Assembly (NCBI GenBank): GCA_964057225.1
Contig: OZ059896.1
Coordinates: forward strand, 12,276,001 to 12,340,000
Length of the DNA: 64,000 nt
Source: Auanema rhodensis
Lineage: Eukaryota; Animalia; Nematoda
Reading direction: 5' to 3'
Below, piece after piece: positions 1 to 11,500 of the stretch. Made by a program: the position numbers and the translations under genes. The notes beneath the pieces are model-generated. The model made no database searches and was not told the DNA's origin. It saw only the letters and a list, made by a program, of their open reading frames with translations. Within the stretch, counting starts at the first letter, position 1; each line of letters starts with the position of its first letter.

Positions 1-3000
1 CCATTTCACTCCATCGCTTTTATTTAATCTCATATTTTAAACAATTTTATATTTCTACCGCTATTTCATAATTTCATTTTTTAAATTTTTAATCATTAAA
101 AAACATTTAAATTTCAATATTGTGATGCTCAAAAACTGAAACAGTTGAATATTTTGTAATTTCTAAACCATTTTACTCCATCGCTTTTATTTAATCTCAT
201 ATTTTAAACAATTTTATATTTCTACCGCTATTTCATAATTTCATTTTTTAAATTTTTAATCATTAAAAAACATTTAAATTTCAATATTGTGATGCTCAAA
301 AACTGAAACAGTTGAATATTTTGTATTTTCTAAACCATTTTACTTCATATCTTTCATTTAATTCCATATTTTAAACAATTTTATATTTCTACCACGAATT
401 CATAACTTCATTTTTTAAATTTTTAATCATTAAAAAACATTTAAATTTCAATATTGTGATGCTCAAAAACTGAAACAGTTGAATATTTTGTATTTTCTAA
501 ACCATTTTACTCCATCTATTTTATTTAATCCCACATTTTAAACAATTTTATATTTCTACCGCTGTTTCATAAATTCATTTTTTAAATTTTTAATCATTAA
601 AAAACATATAAATTTCAATATTGTGATGCTCAAAAACTGAAACATTTAAATATTTTGTATTTTCTAAACCATTTCACTCCATCTCTTTCATTTAATTCCA
701 TATTTTAAACAATTTTATATTTCTACCACGAATTCATAACTTCATTTTTTAAATTTTTAATCATTAAAAAACATTTAAATTTCAATATTGTGATGCTCAA
801 AAACTGAAACAGTTGAATATTTTGTAATTTCTAAACCATTTTACTCCATCTCTTTCATTTAATTCCATATTTTAAACAATTTTATATTTCTACCGCTGTT
901 TCATAAATTCATTTTTTAAATTTTTAATCATTAAAAAACATATAAATTTCAATATTGTGATGCTCAAAAACTGAAACATCTAAATATTTTGTATTTTCTA
1001 AACCATTTCACTCCATCTCTTTCATTTAATTCCATATTTTAAACAATTTTATATTTCTACCACGAATTCATAACTTCATTTTTTAAATTTTTGATCATTA
1101 AAAAACATTTAAATTTCAATATTGTGATGCTCAAAAACTGAAACAGTTGAATATTTTGTATTTTCTAAACCATTTTACTCCATCGCTTTTATATTTCTAC
1201 CGCTATTTCATAAATTCATTTTTTAAATTTTTAATCATTAAAAAACATATAAATTTCAATATTGTGATGCTCAAAAACTGAAACATTTAAATATTTTGTA
1301 TTTTCTAAACCATTTCACTCCATCTCTTTCATTTAATTCCATATTTTAAACAATTTTATATTTCTACCACGAATTCATAACTTCATTTTTTAAATTTTTG
1401 ATCATTAAAAAACATTTAAATTTCAATATTGTGATGCTCAAAAACTGAAACAGTTGAATATTTTGTATTTTCTAAACCATTTCACTCCATCTCTTCCATT
1501 TAATTCCATATTTTAAACAATTTTATATTTCTACCACGAATTCATAACTTCATTTTTTAAATTTTTAATCATTAAAAAACATTTAAATTTCAATATTGTG
1601 ATGCTCAAAAACTAAAACAGTTGAATATTTTGTAATTTCTAAACCATTTTACTCCATCGCTTTTATTTAATCCCATATTTTAAACAATTTTATATTTCTA
1701 CCGCTATTTCATAATTTCATTTTTTAAATTTTTAATCATTAAAAAACATTTAAATTTCAATATTGTGATGCTCAAAAACTGAAACAGTTGAATATTTTGT
1801 ATTTTCTAAACCATTTTACTTCATATCTTTCATTTAATTCCATATTTTAAACAATTTTATATTTCTACCACGAATTCATAACTTCATTTTTTAAATTTTT
1901 AATCATTAAAAAACATTTAAATTTCAATATTGTGATGCTCAAAAACTGAAACAGTTGAATATTTTGTATTTTCTAAACCATTTTACTCCATCTATTTTAT
2001 TTAATCCCACATTTTAAACAATTTTATATTTCTACCGCTATTTCATAATTTCATTTTTTAAATTTTTAATCATTAAAAAACATTTAAATTTCAATATTGT
2101 GATGCTCAAAAACTGAAACATTTAAATATTTTGTATTTTCTAAACCATTTCACTCCATCTCTTTCATTTAATTCCATATTTTAAACAATTTTATATTTCT
2201 ACCACGAATTCATAACTTCATTTTTTAAATTTTTAATCATTGAAAATCATTTAAATTTCAATATTGTGATGCTCAAAAACTGAAACAGTTGAATATTTTG
2301 TAATTTCTAAACCATTTTACTCCATCTCTCTCATTTAATTCCATATTTTAAACAATTTTATATTTCTACCGCTGTTTCATAAATTCATTTTTTAAATTTT
2401 TAATCATTAAAAAACATATAAATTTCAATATTGTGATGCTCAAAAACTGAAACATTTAAATATTTTGTATTTTCTAAACCATTTCACTCCATCTCTTTCA
2501 TTTAATTCCATATTTTAAACAATTTTATATTTCTACCACGAATTCATAACTTCATTTTTTAAATTTTTGATCATTAAAAAACATTTAAATTTCAATATTG
2601 TGATGCTCAAAAACTGAAACAGTTAAATATTTTGTATTTTCTAAACCATTTCACTCCATCTCTTTCATTTAATTCCATATTTTAAACAATTTTATATTTC
2701 TACCACGAATTCATAACTTCATTTTTTAAATTTTTGATCATTAAAAAACATTTAAATTTCAATATTGTGATGCTCAAAAACTGAAACATTTAAATATTTT
2801 GTATTTTCTAAACCATTTCACTCCATCTCTTTCATTTAATTCCATATTTTAAACAATTTTATATTTCTACCACGAATTCATAACTTCATTTTTTAAATTT
2901 TTAATCATTAAAAAACATATAAATTTCAATATTGTGATGCTCAAAAACTGAAACATTTAAATATTTTGTATTTTCTAAACCATTTCACTCCATCTCTTTC

Positions 3001-4967
3001 ATTTAATTCCATATTTTAAACAATTTTATATTTCTACCACGAATTCATAACTTCATTTTTTAAATTTTTAATCATTAAAAAACATTTAAATTTCAATATT
3101 GTGATGCTCAAAAACTGAAACATTTAAATATTTTGTATTTTCTAAACCATTTTACTCCATCGCTTTTATTTAATCCCATATTTCAAACAATTTTATATTT
3201 CTACCACGAATTCATAACTTCATTTTTTAAATTTTTGATCATTAAAAAACATTTAAATTTCAATATTGTGATGCTCAAAAACTGAAACAGTTGAATATTT
3301 TGTATTTTCTAAACCATTTTACTCCATCGCTTTTATATTTCTACCGCTATTTCATAAATTCATTTTTTAAATTTTTAATCATTAAAAAACATATAAATTT
3401 CAATATTGTGATGCTCAAAAACTGAAACATTTAAATATTTTGTATTTTCTAAACCATTTCACTCCATCTCTTTCATTTAATTCCATATTTTAAACAATTT
3501 TATATTTCTACCACGAATTCATAACTTCATTTTTTAAATTTTTGATCATTAAAAAACATTTAAATTTCAATATTGTGATGCTCAAAAACTGAAACAGTTG
3601 AATATTTTGTATTTTCTAAACCATTTCACTCCATCTCTTCCATTTAATTCCATATTTTAAACAATTTTATATTTCTACCACGAATTCATAACTTCATTTT
3701 TTAAATTTTTAATCATTAAAAAACATTTAAATTTCAATATTGTGATGCTCAAAAACTAAAACAGTTGAATATTTTGTAATTTCTAAACCATTTTACTCCA
3801 TCGCTTTTATTTAATCCCATATTTTAAACAATTTTATATTTCTACCGCTATTTCATAATTTCATTTTTTAAATTTTTAATCATTAAAAAACATTTAAATT
3901 TCAATATTGTGATGCTCAAAAACTGAAACAGTTGAATATTTTGTATTTTCTAAACCATTTTACTCCATCGCTTTCATTTAATTCCATATTTTAAACAATT
4001 TTATATTTCTACCACGAATTCATAACTTCATTTTTTAAATTTTTAATCATTAAAAAACATTTAAATTTCAATATTGTGATGCTCAAAAACTGAAACAGTT
4101 GAATATTTTGTATTTTCTAAACCATTTTACTCCATCTATTTTATTTAATCCCACATTTTAAACAATTTTATATTTCTACCGCTATTTCATAATTTCATTT
4201 TTTAAATTTTTAATCATTAAAAAACATTTAAATTTCAATATTGTGATGCTCAAAAACTGAAACATTTAAATATTTTGTATTTTCTAAACCATTTCACTCC
4301 ATCTCTTTCATTTAATTCCATATTTTAAACAATTTTATATTTCTACCACGAATTCATAACTTCATTTTTTAAATTTTTAATCATTAAAAATCATTTAAAT
4401 TTCAATATTGTGATGCTCAAAAACTGAAACAGTTGAATATTTTGTAATTTCTAAACCATTTTACTCCATCTCTCTCATTTAATTCCATATTTTAAACAAT
4501 TTTATATTTCTACCGCTGTTTCATAAATTCATTTTTTAAATTTTTAATCATTAAAAAACATATAAATTTCAATATTGTGATGCTCAAAAACTGAAACATT
4601 TAAATATTTTGTATTTTCTAAACCATTTCACTCCATCTCTTTCATTTAATTCCATATTTTAAACAATTTTATATTTCTACCACGAATTCATAACTTCATT
4701 TTTTAAATTTTTGATCATTAAAAAACATTTAAATTTCAATATTGTGATGCTCAAAAACTGAAACAGTTAAATATTTTGTATTTTCTAAACCATTTCACTC
4801 CATCTCTTTCATTTAATTCCATATTATAAACAATTTTATATTTCTACCACGAATTCATAACTTCATTTTTTAAATTTTTAATCATTAAAAAACATTTAAA
4901 TTTCAATATTGTGATGCTCAAAAACTGAAACATTTAAATATTTTGTATTTTCTAAACCATTTTACTC
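1..4967. repeat. 167-bp tandem satellite array (left block, about 30 monomers; extends beyond the window start)
   Basis: The unit CCATTT(C/T)ACTCCATC...TTCTAAA recurs at 1 and 168 and stays in phase (1170 = 1+7x167). 140-bp deletion monomers start at 1170 and 3314. Confidence 0.99.
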
Positions 4968-5500
4968 TGTGCTGAAGCACTCTCATCCCGTGATAATAGT
5001 GTTCCTCCTTAGTTTAAGTTCAATTGTACTTCTTTATTGTCCTCTCTTTGTACTGTCCATTATCCTCAACTATCTAATCGATAATCCTGTAAGTTGTCAC
5101 CAACGGCCGATTTGCCGATGAATCACCTATCGCCCTTTGCCATCTGATCCATTAGGCAAGATCTTAGGCGCGATAGCCGTCGCCCACTTGCAAGGGGGAT
5201 GAATCACATAGGATTTAGACCCCTCCTCTCGCTTTCTACAATTAATACATTATCTATCACTTCCGGGGACCTAGTATATAAACCCGCAATAATTCTTCTA
5301 AATCATGTCTCAATATTATCTTGCCACCGCTATCATCTTCCCGTCAATTTATTTCTGTTTTACTCGTATTGTATTCGTATCGCCGATAATAAACTCTTCT
5401 CTTGTACTCGCGTCTATTGCCTATTACTTGGACTAATATTCCACTACCACTGAACCACAAATGCCCGTTATTCGCTCTCCAACTAGAGGACAAAACGACA
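4968..5500 (+). repeat. 5' LTR
   Basis: TGTGCTGAAG...AAACGACA. Matches 13222-13754 except T5321 vs C13575 (compared by eye). Confidence 0.98.
5275..5393 (+). promoter_or_regulatory. LTR TATA box (TATATAAA, 5275-5282) and polyadenylation signal (AATAAA, 5388-5393)
   Basis: The motifs occur in the U3-R order expected of an LTR. Function is inferred. Confidence 0.6.
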
Positions 5501-8500
5501 TGGTGCATCAAGCCGAGTCCAACGAAGAAACTCGCGCCGAACAATGGAACAGCAGCTGCTCATTATTACTCGCTAAGCTCAAGGACAACGACGCAAGGAG
5601 GAAATCATATGCGGTACGTCAAGTTACTAATACCTCCAACAAAACCCCAAGCATGATTGACACCCGTGAAAGGGAGATTTCAAACATCAATGGGGACATC
5701 CTCGCCATCAACAAACTGATGGACGAGATGAAACACATCCCAACCGACCTACGCCCCGAGGACCAAAGTCGGATCACGAAGAACGAAGAAACTCTGCGGA
5801 AACACATCTCTACCCTACTGTCATACAGTAACGACATACAAGAACAAGTCAACTACCTGAAGGGTCTCAACCACACTGAGAACAGCCCTGACCCAACACA
5901 CACAGACAGTTCACAGCCCTCTGAGCACCACCTCATTGGAACTGCTGAACTCACACACGCCACACAACCTCGAAGCTGGGAAACATATCGATCACGGCCA
6001 ACACTCAAACCTGTCGATATCCCACGCTTCGATGGCAACGTGAAAAGCTGGAAAAACTTTTGGTGCTTGTTCCACACACTCATACACTCATCGAACATGC
6101 CCACCATAGAAAAGTTTAACTACCTTCGCCAGTCATTAACAGGAGAAGCAGCTTCACAAATAGCTTCATTCCCAACGGATGAAGACTACTACTTCAGCGC
6201 AGTACATCACCTGCAGGATCTATATGATGATAACGACAACATCACACAACATCTCATGCTGGAATTTCTCCAGATACAAGCGAGAACATCCAACCAGCAT
6301 GACCTCCTCTCCATGATGGACAAGATCGCAGGCATTTTTCGCCAAACTGAAGGAAACAGGAACGCCGAACTCAACTCCCTCGCTGTAGTTATCTTACACA
6401 AGAAACTACCAGGGAACCTTCTCCAAGAGATCTACAAATCATTCCCCTCGGGAAAAACACCTGACATCAGAGACCTAGTAGACATCACAAGGCGACATAT
6501 CCGATGCCAAAACAAGGTGAAAATTTTCGCAGCAGATCGGTTCGAAAAACCAATCACACGAGTCTACAACTCACCACCAGGGAACACCTACAATTCCCAA
6601 CGCAACAAACCAGAAGCTAAAAAACTAGCAAAAACATCCAGTTGCATCTTCTGCCAGAAACCTCACGCCCCATGGGACTGTGACACAACAAAGTCGAGGA
6701 AGGAGCGTCTAACCATCCTCAACCAGGAAAAGAGATGCATCAACTGTCTCCGCAAAACACACAACACGGAGTCATGTCCAAGCAAACGAACATGCTCCAA
6801 ATGCGGAGAAAAACACATCGACATCTTATGCGCTAATAAAAAGAAGACGACCAAAGTCAACTTAATTGAGAGCACACCCTACAATGACGAGGAAACCGAA
6901 GAACACACGGTTCAATTTTCCTCCCAGTTCTCTACCAATCAATTCAAAAGCGCCCTTCTTCCAATAGGAGAAATCAAGATAATGACGAATGGAAAAATTT
7001 CCACAATCCCAGCCATCTTGGACTCTGGATCGGACACATCTTTCATCGAAGAAGAACTTGCCAAAGAACTTCAACTACCCGTTATAGAATCTAAACGCGT
7101 AAAAATCAAGACTTTCGGCAACACAAAAAGCGTTGAACACCTCACAAAGGTGAAAGCAACAATCAAAGGAACAGTCTCCAACATCACTGCACACCTTTGG
7201 ACAAAAAAGACCTTGACGGGTCCCATCAAAACAGTCCGAATTCCAAAATCAGACAACTCCACCTTCAAATTAAATCAAGGAACCTACGTCAATCCACGCA
7301 TACTCATAGGCTCCGATTTAATGTGGCAAGCTCTGACAGCCATTATACCAATCTCTGACGACCACATACAAGTCAAGACACAATTTGGAGACTTCATAAC
7401 AGGAAAAGCAAGCGACCAACCATCCATCAACGCCTTCTCAGTTATAACTGGAAACACCTCTATCCCGATAGACACATGGAACAAAAACTTCATCGAGGAG
7501 CAGCAAGAATTTACGGGAACCGAACAAGAAGAAAAACAAGCACGAGACAAACTAGTATTGGAACAATTCCAATCCACCATCCAAAAAAGAGACGATGGTT
7601 ATTACGTCTCCTTCCCATGGAAAGACAACATCAATCTTCTCCCCGACAACAAATCACTTGCTCACAGACGCCTCATAAGTCTAGTCGTAAAATTATCTCA
7701 ACAACCAGATTCACTAGCAGCATACGACAAAATCATTCAAGAACAACTAGACAATGGAATAATCGAACCAGCAGAAGAACCATACCCTGACGCTCAAACG
7801 ATACACTACATTGCTCATCAAGCAGTTCTGACCCCACAAAAGGAAACAACCAAACTAAGGATAGTATACGACGCTTCCGGACACTACCAGAACAGACCCA
7901 GTCTGAACGACGTCATCCATCAAGGACCACTAATCCTACCATCACTAGTAGGAATGATTTTACGCTTCCGCTGCGGGAAAATGGCACTGATAGCAGACGT
8001 AAAGAAAGCATTTCTTCAAATAAGACTCCACGAGTCAGAACGTGACGCTACAAGATTCTTTTGGCTGAGAGATATCTCCAAACCAATGAGCACCGAAAAT
8101 ACAAGAACCCTACGCTTCTGTAGAGTTCCCTTTGGAATCAATGCCTCGCCATTTCTCCTCGCAGCCACAATTCGTCATCATCTGGAACAAAGAAGCAACG
8201 AAAACTTCCTAGCCCACCAAATTAAAGAGAACCTTTACGTGGACAACCTATTACTTGCCACAAACTCAGAAGAAGACCTCAAACTGGGATACCAAGAAAC
8301 AAAGGACATATTCGCAGAAATGAACATGACACTACAAGAATTCATAACGAACAGTCCGGACTTCAACAAAAACCTACTACTAGAGGAGAAAAACACCTCA
8401 GCAAAACCAAAAGTTCTTGGATTACCATGGGACACAGAAACGGACCAATGGATCATCCAAACCAAGCTTCCAGAAACAAAACTGACCAAACGTGGTATTA

Positions 8501-11500
8501 CACAAGCCATTGCATCGATCTTTGACCCCATGGGTTTGATAAGTCCATGCCTACACCCACTACGACTCTTCCTACAGAATCTATGGACAGAGAATTACGA
8601 CTGGGACACTACGTTGCCTGAAGAACACCAAAAAACATGGCATACACTAGCCGAAAACTTCAACTTCAACAAAACTCAGCAACGAGCCCTACCAGAAGAT
8701 CCGAATCAACAGTACCACTTAGTTACCTGCACAGATTCTAGCGGATCAGCCCTAGGATTCTGCACATACCTCCTGGCAGCCACATCACGCATACCTACCT
8801 TGATCTTCGCTAAATCCAAGCTACACTCAAAGAACTCCAACATCACCATCCCGAAAGCAGAAATATCAGCTCTCACAGTAGGTGTCACAAACACCAACAA
8901 AATCATCAAAGAAATGAAAGACAACATCAAAATCTTGTCTACAACATTTTTATCGGACTCAGAAATAACGTTAGCATGGATAAGACGAAAACCTGATCAG
9001 AAGACAACAGGAGTCTTAGTACAAAACAGAATCAAGGAAATCTACGACCACATCGACCAAATCGAAGATATGGATATCAAGACATACTTTGGTTACATCA
9101 ACACCAAAGACAACCCAGCCGACATTGCCACAAGAGGTTGCACAACAGACGAGCTACTAAATCATTTCTGGTGGAATCCCAAAGCACAAATTGACAAAGC
9201 CATTAATGGTCCGCTCTTCTCATTACCTCAACCAGAAATCACAGTGAATACAGCTAGGACATCTGAAGAATACGAAGAATCCTGGCTAGAACACTGCAAC
9301 ACATGGATCCAAGCACAAGAAAAATGGATCGCAGAGAATTATTCGCTGTTAGAGAAACGACTACCGACACATTACGAAGAAGCCGAACTGAACCTTCTCC
9401 ATCTGCATCAACACAACCTACTCGTACGTCTTACAGCAGCACAACGAAACGACTTAAGACCACTGTTGAAAGATCATCTTTGGCACAGCCGCGGACGAAT
9501 GCAGAATAGTGAACTAGATGAGAGTGCAAAACTTCCTATCATCGTCTTACCCAAAACAAGGACAGCCACCTTAATTATCGAACACGTCCACAACCAATTT
9601 CACAAAAGCACGTCACACACCATGGCCGAAGTTCGACAGAAATTCTGGATACCACAACTTCGCTCACAAACCATCTCAGTCATACGAAGATGCGTAGAGT
9701 GCCAACGAATGAACAACCGACCATTCACGTACCCCCCCTCTGGCGACATACCCAGCAGAAGACTCAACCGAAGCCGACCATTCCAACACATAGGCCTCGA
9801 CTACTTCGGACCGCTGACGGTAAAGGACAAACCTCACAAAGTATGGGGTTGCATCTATACCTGCACAGTCACACGCCTACTACACTTAGAAGTTATAGAA
9901 GACCTTACCACAAAAGCATTTCTTAACTGTCTAAGGAAGATATGGGCACGTAGAGGATATCCGGAAAGCATCACTTGCGATAACGCCACCACATTCGAAC
10001 TAGGACAGAAAGTGGCGAACAGACTGTTCAGCATCGCCAACACGACACAAACAGGTGATAGCCATAAGATAAAATGGCACAACATAACACCTTACGCCCC
10101 CTGGCAAGGAGGATTCTACGAACGCCTTATCCGATCAGTAAAAGACTCTCTTCACAAAACCATGAAGAACATACCAACAAGCGAAGAACTGTCAATCACC
10201 TTAGCTGAATGTGAAGCAACACTCAACACTCGCCCACTCACATACATCGGATCCGACACAGGAACAGATGAAATAATCAGACCATGTGACTTTATTCACA
10301 AAGACTTGGACCTGAACATTTCATTCCACTCGGACGATGACGACGAAGAATACCTCGACAACCCTGCCTTACAAACAAGAGCAGACACAGAAAAAGCCAT
10401 CCATTCCTCCAGACAACGCACAAACAAATTCTGGGAGTTATGGATCGAACTCTACCTCAAAGAGTTAAGAGAACACCACAAGAACAACATCTCGGTGAAG
10501 AAAGCTGGTTCCAATCAACAGCCAAGAATCGACCAATACGTACTCATCAACGACAGTCCGATACCTCGGTACAAATGGCCGATTGGAAAAATCACACATA
10601 TCTCACCAGACAAGAACGGACAGACCAGAGAAGTCACGCTTCTTTCAGAATCAGGCAGAGAACTCAAACGACCAGTGAACCTTCTACATCCGCTGGAACT
10701 CTCAGACGACGACATTCCTGAAAGACTACGAAACACTAATCCTTCGAGAGATGTCCCACCAATAAGGCAGTCTAATCCAAGGAACGTACCTAGATTATGG
10801 TACGGAGAACAAAGAACAAACCTATTCACCTTTCTATCAATATTCTCAATACTTCTACCCATCATCTCTGCCACACCAACAATATCTTGCAACTACCAAG
10901 GAGTTCAAATTCAAGGAATCTCGACAAACAATCAACAAGTATGCATCCACAACACATGCTATAACAACAGCCACGATGGAAACCTTATATTTCCCCCAGC
11001 GGACATCCTAACCAACTACGACGTAAGCTGGACCTTCCAACACAATTCCAGAATTCATCACATGATGATCACATGCCCAGCGGTACATTTCTGCTCCACT
11101 GTCACATGCACCTTCTGCACTGCTACACTTTTCAATCCATCTTGCTGGCCATGGACATCAATGCTACTTCTCACATTTCTTACATACATGCTCACAGCCT
11201 TATGCTACGGCATTCTATACACACCATGGGTCATAGGAAAACCAATCCGACTTTGGATACGATTATGCACCACCATCATAATGACCATAATCAAGACGAT
11301 CCGACACACACGTCAACCGAGGCCGCACAAATCAGCCATACCACTCCTAGCTCTGATGAGTTTGATACAAGTAACCTTCTCATGCCAAGAACTCGCGATC
11401 ACATCCTCCGAACAGTCCACTTGCATCCAAGAGAAATGCCACATACAAACCACGCATAATCTCAACATCAGTCCATACACTCAAGAAGCCTGCCTCACAT

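Noticed and set aside
5150-5172. TTAGGC telomere-like hexamers or a DNA-elimination break site
   Set aside because: Two isolated hexamers inside the LTR; no telomeric array anywhere in the window.
5199-5453. 84-aa ORF duplicated at 13453-13707
   Set aside because: It lies wholly within the LTRs; identity reflects LTR duplication and there is no recognisable domain.
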